Source: Candidatus Kaiserbacteria bacterium (GTDB lineage Bacteria; Patescibacteriota; Minisyncoccia; Phycocordibacterales; UBA918). From it: a DNA stretch of 64,000 nt. The translations under genes and the position numbers were made by a program. Positions 41,901 through 51,553 of the stretch are shown in pieces (the stretch's first letter is position 1; the number at the start of each line of letters is the position of its first letter). Under the pieces are notes generated by a model. It saw only the letters and a list, made by a program, of their open reading frames with translations, was not told the DNA's origin and did not search any database. The DNA lies in assembly GCA_016699245.1 (NCBI GenBank), contig CP064968.1, positions 283,386 through 347,385 of the forward strand. Direction: 5' to 3'.

Positions 41901-44900
41901 TCGTGGTATCGCTTTCATCAGTAAGATTTGACGTGGTTGCCATATTCCATGCACCACCCAAAGCACCCACATCAGTCCAAGAGCCAACGTCACTGCATGT
42001 TGTAATCTTTGTTCCGTATTCTACGCGTAGCGCTGTGTCACCAGAAGTAACCGCGCCTTCATTTGAAACCTGTAGTCGAAGACGAACAGGTGACGTGAGT
42101 GCAATGTTTGCCGCAGGAGAATCCTCATTTCCTCCCGTGAACGATGTTGCGGTGGTCTCATCTCCATTGTCGTTTCTCCAGTGGTAGTGTGTCTGTGTGA
42201 GTACTGCTCCGAGCAGTGTCGTCTCACCACTCAGGTCACGAGTGATGGTTGGACTTACTGAGCCAACTGAGACGGTAAGATTCATAGATGGATTCTCCAT
42301 CACAATATTGATTGTCTCACCATTTTGCGCCGACGAGGTCACATCAAGCACTGGATACAGACAGAGCGTCGAGGTCGTACTTACGGTGACAGACCCTGTG
42401 AAGGTGGATGTTCCATTGAGAGATGAAAAACCATCGGTGTCAGTGGAGCCAAACTGGTCGTCGCCCACAGTATAGGATTCTCCAGCACAATCGTATGGTG
42501 CAGTAACATCAAGATCATACCTGAGTTCAATGTTATCGAGACCTGTCTCAGCATTCACGGTTCCATTTTCTGTAATAGTAATACTCGTAACGTCACGAGA
42601 GTCGACATTCTCTGTAATCACAAAACCTGTCCCAATATATTGGGTTGTCGTGGGAATAGTGAAATTGACCATCTGCGATGAGGTGGCAACGGTTACAAGT
42701 ATGTCAGCGGAAATGTTGGCTCGAGGATATACGCGATATTCAGAGAGTGGACTTCCCTGATCACTGACCCTAAAGCAGTATGTGTTCCCTTCAATAGCAG
42801 TTGTTGACGCAACAATGGAATATTCGAATTCAACAAACTCTGTAGTGGTGAGGACAATTGGACCTGTCTCCGACGATGTGGTTTTGACTGCGTAGTTCGG
42901 TGAGTGGAAAAGCGCATTTTCATCACTCACGGCTCCGTTTCCCTCTACAGTTATGTTTGTGGTACTATCCCCGTCATTTAAATTCCCTGATACTGACATA
43001 TCAAAGTCTCCACCAATAGCCCCCACATCTACCCAGCCTGTAGCAGCGTCACAGGTACTCGGGTTTGGAGCGTACTCAAGCCGGTACTGTATAGCAGGTG
43101 TCGAACTACTTCCTTCATTTGATACCTCAACACGCAGACGTGTTGTGGACCCCTGTCGCATTGTGGTGAGTGATGTGTCTTCGACACCGGCCGTTTTTGA
43201 TGTTGCATTTACCTCATCACCATCATCATTTCTCCAGTGATAATGCATAAGTGTCGGAGCGTCATTGTAAATTGTCGTCGTTCCAGGAATATCTTGAGAA
43301 GATACGGGGCCAGCCGTACCTCCCGTAACAAAAATATCAGATCCTGGGTTTTCAATAGATATTTCGATAGTAGAATCTCCATCAGCAGTATCCAGCACAT
43401 CAAAAACTACGTACACACAGAGGGTCCCCGTATCACTCACGGAGACAGTACTACCCGTAAAAGAAGACACTCCATCGGCGCCTGAGAAGCCATTCACATC
43501 TGTTGAACCAAAGCGACTCTCGGAACCATCATATGATTCGCTTGTACAGGTGTAGGGAGACGAGGTGTCCATTTCATAATACAATTTCACATTCGCAATA
43601 TCAGTTGATGCATCGACACTTCCGCTTTCCGTAAGGGTAATCCCTGTCACATTATACGAGTTTAAAACATCCGTATTGTATATAACAAACGTACCTCCAA
43701 TGTACACATTACTTGTACTTGCATTGACTGTTGCAACCTGATTATCAAGCGTCGGAATCGTAGGACTCGGGAGATCAATGAGTGTCGCCCCGTATACATC
43801 ATCAGTGACATCACCAAACCAAGTTGCATAAATCCTATCGCTACTTACTTGATTAAGGTCCATACCGTAGATACTCGTAGGGCTCGTGTTTACTGGGCCT
43901 TGTATAAATCCCCAACTCGCCATATCATCCGTTGACTTTCTCCAGAGTACACTCGCTGTATTAGCACTGTTTGCTATACCCTGCGCACTGTACGCAACAT
44001 ACACGTCATCATTGCTCGCATCGAGTGCGATGGCGACGTTCGTAAGTCCTGATACTGTCGATGCGACTACGTCAGTAGTAGCCGTCCAAACACCGCCCGA
44101 GTATTTGGCAGTGCGAATTTGGTCGTCACTGCCGGGTGTGGCATTTCGCGCAATGTATGCAAGATACACATCCCCTGTCGTTGGACTCACGGTAACTGCC
44201 ATACCTATGTCGTACGTTGTGTTATCAGGAGCATCAGAATCAATCGTCGTCGACGCAGCGTCCCACGTATTGGTGCCACTATCATATACTTTACTTTCGA
44301 TATTTTCTGCAGATGCGCCTATGTCACGATGTATCGCTATGATGTCGCCACCAGAGAGTGGTGCAAGTATTGCATAGTTGTTTGTACGTCCAAACGGATC
44401 TGTTCCTGCCTCATCCCAGCTTGCAGCGAGATTACAATTTGCAGTGCACATGAGGACAACAGAATCTGAAGCATCAATACTACTCGCGTACAGCGTTCCG
44501 TCTGTGGCTTTTGTTATTGAAATGGAGTTTGATCCAGCAGTAAGTGTCCCCCCTTGTGCAGGTGGACCTATGAATACACTCACGGGAGATGTACCCATAA
44601 GAAGAGTGTCCCCAGCAGTATCGAGACGGTTATACCAGACATCATCTGGATTCTCATCGAATGTTGCAATATGAATGTAGGTACCCGTGTCCCCTGGCGT
44701 CCACTGGTCGTACCATACCGTTACCATGGCACAATCAGTCTGTGCATCCACAGTGGTCGTTGCACTCCATGTCGTTCCGCCATCGGTAGTTTTTCTGTAC
44801 ACACAGTAGCCAGGAGCGTCGCGGAAGAATTTATACCCTGTCTGATCGTCGGTAAAAACAGTTTGTGATCCTGAAATATGGTGTGACGTCCCTGTTATAA

Positions 44901-46266
44901 ATGCGTCACTGTCGATAGTGTCCATAGTATACGCATCAGTATCATTTACTCCATCAGGACTCACCGTCGTAACCTGTATCCCTGGATGAATGTCTGCAAT
45001 GGTGTCCCCCATAATATCGTCTCCTGTGTTTTGAAACCATGATGCATAGATTCGCTCACGATTGCTTATATTTAGGTCCACCCCATAAATGTCGTTGGGG
45101 GCATCATTCATGGGACCCTCTTCATACGTCCATGTACTCATACCATCAGCGGATTTTTTCCAGTACACATTTGCACTTGCTAAGGTTGTGGGGACAGTAA
45201 GAGCACTGTATGCAACATATACATCATCATTGCTCACATCGAGCGCAATTGCGACGTTTGTGACGCCATACTCACTGTATCGCACAACCTCTTTCTTTAG
45301 AGTCCATACACCCCCCGAGTACACTGCGGTACGAATCTGATCGTCGTTGCCTAATGCAGCGTTCTGAGCAACGTACGCAAGATATATATCTCCTGTTGTT
45401 GGACTTACCGTGAAAGCCATCCCCGCATCATAGGTTGTGTTATCGGGGGCGTTCGTATCAAATGTTGTCGTAGCCGCGTCCCAGGTTCCGCCCGTATTGT
45501 TCCATACTTTACTTCCCATATCCTCAGCTGCTGCGGCAATATCTCGATGAATCGCGAGAATATCACCACCAGGAAGTGGCGCTAGAATTGCATAATTTGC
45601 CGTAAGGCCAAAGGGATTCGTACCAGTCTCAATCCAACTTCCAGCGATGTTACAATTTGCAGAACACTCAACCACATACGAATCGGAGCCATCAATGTTA
45701 CTTACATAAATTGTCCCATCTGTTCCCTTCGTTATTGAGGCAAGGTTTGATCCTTCAGTAATAGTACCTCCTTGCCCAATTGTCGTACTTACCGGCGCGG
45801 AACCCATCAACAAACTATCACTGGATGTATCAAGGTTGTTATACCAGACGTCGTCCGGGTTTGTGTCAAGTGTCGCAATATGAATTATCGTACCAGTGTC
45901 TCCGGGAGTCCATCGGTCATACCATACGGATATCTGGATACAGTCAGCCTGCCCATCCACAGTAGTCGTCGCACTCCATGTCGTTCCACCGTCGGTTGTC
46001 TTTCTGTACACACAGTAGCCAGGGGCATCGCGGAAGAACTTATACCCTGTCTGATCGTCGGTAAAGACAGTCTGCGAACCTGATATAAGATGTGCGGTAC
46101 CGTTAATGTGTGCATCGGGATCAATGGTTGCTTCGGCAGCCTCTGCAATGTGTGTGGGATGAAAAATAAGTCCATCACCAAAACTCCCGACAAGAATTAC
46201 GGCAAGCAAATACAGGGAAATAGCGACTCTAATACCCCGGAGTTTTTTAAAAATTCCTCCATGCAT
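38869..46266 (-). CDS. Giant secreted surface protein, 2465 aa. Two tandem Asp-box (BNR) motif-containing domains of about 405 aa each, three WR(N/W)DDG-type repeats, and a conserved C-terminal domain shared with ORF 53744..54880.
   Basis: Signal peptide with a cleavage-site-like HIAEAAEA. The Asp-box TDGGTTWS occurs twice. Repeats read YHWRNDDGDE...RLRVEVSNEG. The C-terminus is TTLPFGKL...RIRYVSVPIF. Confidence 0.7.
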   Translation of the reverse strand: MHGGIFKKLRGIRVAISLYLLAVILVGSFGDGLIFHPTHIAEAAEATIDPDAHINGTAHLISGSQTVFTDDQTGYKFFRDAPGYCVYRKTTDGGTTWSATTTVDGQADCIQISVWYDRWTPGDTGTIIHIATLDTNPDDVWYNNLDTSSDSLLMGSAPVSTTIGQGGTITEGSNLASITKGTDGTIYVSNIDGSDSYVVECSANCNIAGSWIETGTNPFGLTANYAILAPLPGGDILAIHRDIAAAAEDMGSKVWNNTGGTWDAATTTFDTNAPDNTTYDAGMAFTVSPTTGDIYLAYVAQNAALGNDDQIRTAVYSGGVWTLKKEVVRYSEYGVTNVAIALDVSNDDVYVAYSALTVPTTLASANVYWKKSADGMSTWTYEEGPMNDAPNDIYGVDLNISNRERIYASWFQNTGDDIMGDTIADIHPGIQVTTVSPDGVNDTDAYTMDTIDSDAFITGTSHHISGSQTVFTDDQTGYKFFRDAPGYCVYRKTTDGGTTWSATTTVDAQTDCAMVTVWYDQWTPGDTGTYIHIATFDENPDDVWYNRLDTAGDTLLMGTSPVSVFIGPPAQGGTLTAGSNSISITKATDGTLYASSIDASDSVVLMCTANCNLAASWDEAGTDPFGRTNNYAILAPLSGGDIIAIHRDIGASAENIESKVYDSGTNTWDAASTTIDSDAPDNTTYDIGMAVTVSPTTGDVYLAYIARNATPGSDDQIRTAKYSGGVWTATTDVVASTVSGLTNVAIALDASNDDVYVAYSAQGIANSANTASVLWRKSTDDMASWGFIQGPVNTSPTSIYGMDLNQVSSDRIYATWFGDVTDDVYGATLIDLPSPTIPTLDNQVATVNASTSNVYIGGTFVIYNTDVLNSYNVTGITLTESGSVDASTDIANVKLYYEMDTSSPYTCTSESYDGSESRFGSTDVNGFSGADGVSSFTGSTVSVSDTGTLCVYVVFDVLDTADGDSTIEISIENPGSDIFVTGGTAGPVSSQDIPGTTTIYNDAPTLMHYHWRNDDGDEVNATSKTAGVEDTSLTTMRQGSTTRLRVEVSNEGSSSTPAIQYRLEYAPNPSTCDAATGWVDVGAIGGDFDMSVSGNLNDGDSTTNITVEGNGAVSDENALFHSPNYAVKTTSSETGPIVLTTTEFVEFEYSIVASTTAIEGNTYCFRVSDQGSPLSEYRVYPRANISADILVTVATSSQMVNFTIPTTTQYIGTGFVITENVDSRDVTSITITENGTVNAETGLDNIELRYDLDVTAPYDCAGESYTVGDDQFGSTDTDGFSSLNGTSTFTGSVTVSTTSTLCLYPVLDVTSSAQNGETINIVMENPSMNLTVSVGSVSPTITRDLSGETTLLGAVLTQTHYHWRNDNGDETTATSFTGGNEDSPAANIALTSPVRLRLQVSNEGAVTSGDTALRVEYGTKITTCSDVGSWTDVGALGGAWNMATTSNLTDESDTTNIFGSAEGAVTDENTNFVSPNSAVKELLSTVATTTLSPIQFIEAEFSMKPTVDAGYDITYCFRVSNGGTPLNAYPIYPELTTSPERDFEIQRGTVNFSTNAITLVAGVDYIAPSASTSAFVRITNSHHTGAGDSSAGGNQNADDVTAYILDPSNITTSFTIQRPATAAATTTRVSWEIVEYIGSIGADNEMIVRSQGTIAYTTTSLTATTSVISDIGNDTDVVVFITGVGSPDTGTADYNTMQSTSEWLSASDQAAFTRGEAGSDAVVLSYAVVEFTGLNWAIQRSEHTYSAAGTTETESITAVNSLARTMLHAQKRVGGGLAGIDEFGHEVWLSSIGYVSYFLQTGATTPGNQTSVAWIIENMQTSAGAMDVTYSNGDSLNGAEPFTLSVPIGKTLTDITNASIFVNSRVAGTDGSFPRPIAGATIASSTHYELWRSDTGAQLAYRTIIVEWPTAGLTYRQNYYRLYVDNNALLPLDAWPIGDSALGENEALTGLDEPLGEAETIRIRMSVRAINATFPAETKSWKLQYGQMLTTCSAIDETNWNTLGDMSSSTIWRGADATNLADGTQLVGSPTTTVLSVSDVAGTFEEMNDSAVNAYAVPEGDDIEYDWLIEQNGASAETFYCFRLVESNGTLMGNYANYPQIRTASFTPKTQNWRWYDDVLNETPVSALASENTAPIDFVNGSTTKLRVTVKETENISRDDVRFKLQYSESPNFSTAFDLTASSTCTASSTWCYDDSNGADNVKITTKTLSDADSCVSSVGDGCGTHNLSPLPLTGFRHNRNTAAEYEFTLKSAGPRVNRVYYFRLFDLVQGIPVTTNIGESYPSLVTEGASLDFTMEGIASSTVVEGGITLDINTTPTTLPFGKLVPDGIKEGAHRLTIDTNGTEGYQIFMVMDSELTSGMGATMKPLTSTNAVPAAWTTGCSVSAASCFGYHTSDDTLDGVSTARFLAPDTFARVSTSTLDEVSYSSQPVAGETTDVIYRILIRGLQDAGVYESRIRYVSVPIF
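43665..46095 (-). repeat. Intragenic tandem duplication, two units of about 1215 bp, with stretches of 100% identity. Encodes the duplicated Asp-box (BNR) domains.
   Basis: Antisense ORF pairs in the provided six-frame ORF track are offset by about 1215 nt (44554 vs 45772; 43886 vs 45089). The 44-aa stretch SGSQTVFTDDQTGYKFFRDAPGYCVYRKTTDGGTTWSATTTVD is identical in both copies. Confidence 0.8.
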
Positions 46267-46485
46267 TTCCTCTCTATTATCGCGTACTTACGAGTGTAAA
46301 ACAATTGCTCACCTGTGTGAAAACACCTTATAATATCAACACAAATAGCCACACCTCTCTCCTTTCACTTGAGAAATGTGCCACATCGTACGTTCTACAT
46401 TTTCCACGTATGACATTCTCTGCATGCTATATGTGCAACGTACTATATTGCACATTTCGGAGTGGAGTTGGAGTTTAGGTGTGCC

Positions 46486-48276
46486 CTAGATTTTAATTTC
46501 CTCGTTCAGAACATCCTCCAATGGTACATATGGCTCAACTACTAAGTCCTCAATTGATATTACTTCGTCTGTTGTAGTACCCTCACTGAAAGAAGGAATG
46601 ACTACATCACTCACTTCTACTGCCACTTCAGGTGTGCTTGAACTACTTTCATCCTCAGTAAAGACTGGTATCACTAAATCACCCTCATCGAGACCATCAT
46701 CAGTCGTAGTGCCTACGTCATCATTCTCGTCGGAGTCGGTCTTTGGCTTAGGCTGCGTAACAGGAGCAACAAGTGCGCGCTCCTCACCAGTTTGCTCGGG
46801 ATTAGGAATCTCTTCGGGAACAGGTGTAGGTCTTGATGCAAGATTGAGTACCTCACCACTCTTGAGGTCGTATCCACGAGTTTCTATATCTCCCGTGTCC
46901 ATTTTTGCATCATATACTAATACAAAGCGTGGATTTTCAATCGATCCACCGTCGGCGTCTTCGATGGTATGAGTGGCACCAGAGCGCATATCGTATACCT
47001 GCATACGCCATGCATCTTCTTCGAATGACTGCCACACGACATGGGTACCATTCACACTCGGAGCAATATCATGAGTGGTATTGTCAGTGAGCATTGTACG
47101 TTCTCCGTCTGTCTCAAGGAAAATCTCCCAGTCATTCCCTACCCACCCTTGCCATACTACCGCATCACCAAAGACACTTGGCTGCATGTTGTTATACCTA
47201 TCATCGGTGAGTTGTGTCTCTTCTCCAGTTTCAAAATCAAATTGAATGATTTGATATCGGCCATCTATAAGCCTGTGCCATACAGCAGTATTAGAGACTT
47301 CATCAAAGTATGGCGCCTCATCATCCAACTGATTATCAGTAAGTGTTACTAACTCTGCATTTTTTTCGGCATATATCTCTTTGTCACCCTCGGCGTCAAC
47401 TGCAGAAAAAATTCTGTCGTTGTTCTGAACACGAGGAGCATCTTTCGAAGTTGCACAGTAAAAACTACCATCACCAACCGTAGTACACTCATCTTTTGAA
47501 AATGAAAACTTGTTTTCATCATTTGTGACTACATGCACTATTGGCTCTTCCATAGTTGTGCTAGATGTAGTTTCTAGGGTAGCAGAGACTTCTTCTCCTA
47601 TATTTTCTGGGTCAGGTGTAACATCCTCAAGAGGAAGTACTTCCTCAGGCAAAGTGACCTTAGGGATTACTTCTTCTTGTGGGGTTTCAATTTCAACTAC
47701 TTCCTCAGTAGTACTTCCACGTTCAGACAAGACTTCATCAACAGTCACTTCGATAGGGGTTTTTGGCAACGATTCTGCTTTTTCTTCAGTGGCTGCCTCG
47801 GACAATTGTTTTGTTGTGTCCTCTATTACTTCTTCATATAGTGAATTAATTGTTTCCTCGAGTAGTGGTTCAGATGATGATTCTGTAACTTCCTCTATTA
47901 CGAATACAGGAGTTGCTTCTGGTTCTTCAAGTATAGACCCATTAGTGACATTTTCTGTCCCTTCAGTGACAATACTTGCTTCAATTGGTGTCAATGGAAC
48001 CTCTTCTGTGTCTGACACCTCAAGAGCATCATCTGCAATATCAACTACATCAGTGATACCGACTTCTTCTTGTTCTACTTCTGTATCTTGATCTCGTAAA
48101 ACTAATTCTCCATTATCCATAACAACCTCATCTGCAAATACAGGGGCGAGAGGCAGGAATACAAGTACAACGAGTAGCACAAGAGAAAAAGCACTGTATA
48201 CCAGATACTCTAAACCCCGCATTTCTTTATGCGCTCCTATCATTATATACCGTTGTTTCATTGCTCTACGTTCCAT
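46486..48276 (-). CDS. Membrane-anchored acidic protein with an E/T/V-rich low-complexity stalk and a C-terminal beta-propeller-like domain.
   Basis: N-terminal transmembrane helix LVYSAFSLVLLVVLVFLPL. Repeated ...VVWQ... blades (AVWHRLIDGRYQ, DAVVWQGWVGNDWEIFL, THVVWQSFEEDAWRMQVY). Confidence 0.5.
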   Translation of the reverse strand: MERRAMKQRYIMIGAHKEMRGLEYLVYSAFSLVLLVVLVFLPLAPVFADEVVMDNGELVLRDQDTEVEQEEVGITDVVDIADDALEVSDTEEVPLTPIEASIVTEGTENVTNGSILEEPEATPVFVIEEVTESSSEPLLEETINSLYEEVIEDTTKQLSEAATEEKAESLPKTPIEVTVDEVLSERGSTTEEVVEIETPQEEVIPKVTLPEEVLPLEDVTPDPENIGEEVSATLETTSSTTMEEPIVHVVTNDENKFSFSKDECTTVGDGSFYCATSKDAPRVQNNDRIFSAVDAEGDKEIYAEKNAELVTLTDNQLDDEAPYFDEVSNTAVWHRLIDGRYQIIQFDFETGEETQLTDDRYNNMQPSVFGDAVVWQGWVGNDWEIFLETDGERTMLTDNTTHDIAPSVNGTHVVWQSFEEDAWRMQVYDMRSGATHTIEDADGGSIENPRFVLVYDAKMDTGDIETRGYDLKSGEVLNLASRPTPVPEEIPNPEQTGEERALVAPVTQPKPKTDSDENDDVGTTTDDGLDEGDLVIPVFTEDESSSSTPEVAVEVSDVVIPSFSEGTTTDEVISIEDLVVEPYVPLEDVLNEEIKI

Positions 48277-48397
48277 AAACCAAGTATATTAGCCGTATTT
48301 TGATTTACTCTGATACCTCCACCAACTTAAATACAAAAGGTACCTATGACTAATAATAACAGTGTATCCCACTCTTATCCACATTATTATCAACAGT

Positions 48398-49138
48398 TTA
48401 GCGTGTGAATGAGTCGGCAAGAATAATTGAAAAATCTCTAAATGTCATGCGTCCATCGCCATCAAAATCGTATGTTTTCGCCTTAGTAAACCACGCAGCC
48501 ATGAAGGTACTAATATCCTTCAAGTCCACCTTCCCGTCACCATCCATGTCAGTAATGATAGAAATAGTTGCTTCAGCAGAAAGAACCCCATCCTCACCCA
48601 ACACCGCAATCTTAACTTCATTCTTTCCGTCATTTTCGGTTACGGGGATAGGCGTACCCTTACCATCCCCCGCCACCAACGCAGACTCACTAACAAAAAT
48701 ACGTGCACTCCCTGATTCAATTGCACGCAGTTTCACACGAGCAATGGAGTGTTCTCCAATGAAGCCTTTACGAAAAGTACCCCCACGAAGATATATTTTT
48801 CCGTCTTTGAAATAGGGTGTTTCTGTCCACAGTGTAATCACTGAGGTTCCTGTATCAATCCCCACCACCTCGATTTTATCTTCGGGGTACGAGAGCACAA
48901 GATCAACTGCATTAATTGCAACATGTACTGTAGCTGAGACTGTTACAAAAAATTCTTGATCACGAGTAACCGATGTCTCACTAGTTGCAATGGTGATATA
49001 TGAACTATTTTCTGATATAACTGAAGCAAGACTTGCAAAAAGCGCTGCAATCACTACTGCAGGGAAAGCATATTTGATGGTAGTAAACTGCTTTCCTGTA
49101 TACTTTGGGAAAAAAAGTTGCCAGAGTTTTTCAAACAT
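48398..49138 (-). CDS. Cohesin-like domain protein with a C-terminal dockerin-type (EF-hand-like) repeat pair.
   Basis: N-terminal transmembrane/signal segment. The cohesin-like beta-sandwich is FFVTVSATVHVAINAVDLVLSYPEDKIEVVGIDTG..ITLW. The dockerin is DMDGDGKVDLKDISTFMAAWF...YDFDGDGRMTFRDFSIILA. Confidence 0.6.
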   Translation of the reverse strand: MFEKLWQLFFPKYTGKQFTTIKYAFPAVVIAALFASLASVISENSSYITIATSETSVTRDQEFFVTVSATVHVAINAVDLVLSYPEDKIEVVGIDTGTSVITLWTETPYFKDGKIYLRGGTFRKGFIGEHSIARVKLRAIESGSARIFVSESALVAGDGKGTPIPVTENDGKNEVKIAVLGEDGVLSAEATISIITDMDGDGKVDLKDISTFMAAWFTKAKTYDFDGDGRMTFRDFSIILADSFTR

Positions 49139-49141
49139 ATA

Positions 49142-49801
49142 TTAGGGTGCCACTCGTGAACGAATCTCGTCAATACGTTTATTGTATACAACCAGAAGTT
49201 CGCCAATTTCTTGCGCATCGCGTGCAAGGGTTGTTACCTTCACACTTTGTACCGATTCTCCGGAAATGAGTGCTGTAACAATTTCACTCTGAAGACGCTC
49301 TTGATCACGAAGTGCTGTACTGCGTGATTTCTCAAGTGATACGATTTCTTCCCACTCCTTTTTGTAATACGATTCTATGTCACGTTCACTGAGTGTTGCA
49401 AGGAGTGTGAGTAATTTTGTGTATTGAGTAAATTCGCGCTCAAGTTTTGAGACCATGAGCGCTTTCCTTTCCGAGTAAAATCTACCGCAACTCTCTCTGA
49501 GAGTCTGTACCGCAATCAAATCACGTTTGGTGAGTGTTGCAAGTGAATTGAGAAGTTCTTCATACTCGCTTCTACGCGGACAATCACTAATAATAATTTC
49601 AGTAATATCATCGGCCCCATTTTGATCAGTAATTTCAGCAAGAGTTCGCATGTACTCTAGCTCCTCTGTAAGCATGGTATGCACCTCAGCCTCCATTGCA
49701 CGCTGATTATGATGCACAAACCATGCACCACCAACAAACACAAGTGCGATTCCCAAAAGAATAAATGAAATCAAAATGTGTATATGTATATTTTTTTTCA
49801 T
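49142..49801 (-). CDS. Hypothetical membrane-anchored coiled-coil protein, 219 aa.
   Basis: N-terminal transmembrane helix ILISFILLGIALVFVGGAWFV followed by a charged helical region. Confidence 0.45.
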   Translation of the reverse strand: MKKNIHIHILISFILLGIALVFVGGAWFVHHNQRAMEAEVHTMLTEELEYMRTLAEITDQNGADDITEIIISDCPRRSEYEELLNSLATLTKRDLIAVQTLRESCGRFYSERKALMVSKLEREFTQYTKLLTLLATLSERDIESYYKKEWEEIVSLEKSRSTALRDQERLQSEIVTALISGESVQSVKVTTLARDAQEIGELLVVYNKRIDEIRSRVAP

Positions 49802-49807
49802 AAATAA

Positions 49808-51553
49808 CTATTTCAGTACGTTTTCAATATCTTCAATTTCTTTACCAATCTTACTTTGTGCATTCTTTAGGTCATTCTCAATACGCTCAATGAGCGTTGC
49901 TTCTGCTTTCGTTAGTTTACCCTTTCGTGATTCTTTGAGCTCTGCAATACTCACATCTAAGTTTTGTATAATACTCGTAAATTCAAGCGAGAGACGTTCT
50001 TCTGCCTCAATGGTTTCCTTACGCACTTTTCGTTTCCTGAGTGCAAGACGATGCCAAAGATACCACGAGCCAAAGATAAGTACGATGAGAAGTGCAACAA
50101 TAGGCACAAGTACCGAGAGAATATTAATCACGATAGTTCCTGCAGCGACATAGCCTGGAATTTCAACAATAATTTTAATCGCATCAGATTTTTCACTGAC
50201 ACTTCCAAATGCATCACGGGCAACTGCGGTAATGGAATATACACCTGTTTCGAATTTGTTGTCCGGGATAAAACTAAACTCACCATCTGCATTACTCTGT
50301 ATTACATACGGATTTTTGTCAGAGTCACCTTCTGCTACGCTTACGATGGTATTGTCACTTGTACGTATCACTTCAATAGCAACTGTTGCATTCGGACGTG
50401 TCTTTCCTTTAATAACAGGAATGACTTCAGTATTTATGCGCGAGGGAAACTCGACAAAAGTAGGTTTTTCAAATGCATCAATAGTAAATGAATGACTCGC
50501 AATAGCAGTATTTCCTGCACTATCGAATGCTTCTACTGAAATAGTGTGGTACCCCGGCATAAGGGACTCGAGTGTATACTTTTTTAATCCCTCGGCGTCC
50601 TTGAAGATGATTGGCTCTTTGCCATCTATCTGAATTTTATATTCACGTAAAGGCGATACATCCTCAAAGGCAAAAAGAAGAGTTTTATTTGGATTATCCG
50701 CACGTGGTGTCTCTTCAGAAATTGTAAAGTTCTTTGGTGTTTCAGTATCTACACGCAATATATATTCAGCAATGCGTCCCCATCCGTCAGCATTTTTGAA
50801 TTGCAAATGAAAATATGAAACCCCCTCAGGAAGGTCTTCAAGTTTTTTTGAGGTAAGGGGTTCATCGTAAACCTTTGTAGGTATGGTACCCGACGTATTA
50901 TCAAGGAGCATGCGTACTGCAGTCACGCCAGCAGGCAAAGTCCAACTGAGTGCCGCATTCTTTTCCTTGTACCATACTGATGAATCAGGATGTGTACTTG
51001 AAACAATTTTTGGTGCTGAGGGTGTGTTTGCGGGCGGGATGTATTCTGGTGCTGGTGACTCACCTTTTGCTGCAATAGTAAATGTTCCTCCGTTCATCGA
51101 GGTGAGTACGTTGGTGCCCATGCCATCTGCAGCAAGCACGGAGCCACTTTTAAAAGTCACTTTGGGAGTGCCTGCGGCGAGTGGCTTAAAGGTAATAGAA
51201 ATAATAGTACCTGCAGCACCTTTGTAGCCCGTTGGTGAACCTCCGCCAAAAGAGATTGTTCCAGCGGTATTTGAGAATGTCGGCTCTTCAGTCCAGAGAT
51301 TAAAAATCGAACCACCACGAGTGACATTCGTCACCGTGAGTTCACGCGGATTAAAAGAAAGTTGCCCATCCGCTGCATTGACTGACTTTCCTTCAGTATT
51401 AAGCACGACCGAAACAGTAAAGATTGTACCTGCTGTATATACGCCTGTGTTTGGGCTTACTTTAAGTATTGCAGCCTCAACATGTTGAGTACCACCAATG
51501 TAACATCCAAGAAGAAGAGTTAATCCGAGTATGTACTTTTTAAATAAATTCAT
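49808..51553 (-). CDS. Cohesin-like domain surface protein with Ig-like domains, a C-terminal transmembrane helix and a cytoplasmic coiled-coil tail.
   Basis: Signal peptide. The cohesin-like N-domain is ILKVSPNTGVYTAGTIFTVSVVLNTEGKSVNAADGQLSFNP...GSIFNLWTEEP...ISFGGGSPTGYKG. Transmembrane helix IVINILSVLVPIVALLIVLIF. Confidence 0.6.
   Translation of the reverse strand: MNLFKKYILGLTLLLGCYIGGTQHVEAAILKVSPNTGVYTAGTIFTVSVVLNTEGKSVNAADGQLSFNPRELTVTNVTRGGSIFNLWTEEPTFSNTAGTISFGGGSPTGYKGAAGTIISITFKPLAAGTPKVTFKSGSVLAADGMGTNVLTSMNGGTFTIAAKGESPAPEYIPPANTPSAPKIVSSTHPDSSVWYKEKNAALSWTLPAGVTAVRMLLDNTSGTIPTKVYDEPLTSKKLEDLPEGVSYFHLQFKNADGWGRIAEYILRVDTETPKNFTISEETPRADNPNKTLLFAFEDVSPLREYKIQIDGKEPIIFKDAEGLKKYTLESLMPGYHTISVEAFDSAGNTAIASHSFTIDAFEKPTFVEFPSRINTEVIPVIKGKTRPNATVAIEVIRTSDNTIVSVAEGDSDKNPYVIQSNADGEFSFIPDNKFETGVYSITAVARDAFGSVSEKSDAIKIIVEIPGYVAAGTIVINILSVLVPIVALLIVLIFGSWYLWHRLALRKRKVRKETIEAEERLSLEFTSIIQNLDVSIAELKESRKGKLTKAEATLIERIENDLKNAQSKIGKEIEDIENVLK

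Noticed and set aside
38877-46299. Numerous 60-160-aa ORFs on the plus strand inside the giant gene, and likewise inside atpD, atpA, uvrA and other long genes.
   Set aside because: They are antisense to long genes with strong protein signatures. Their paired occurrence (for example 44554 and 45772) simply mirrors the tandem duplication.
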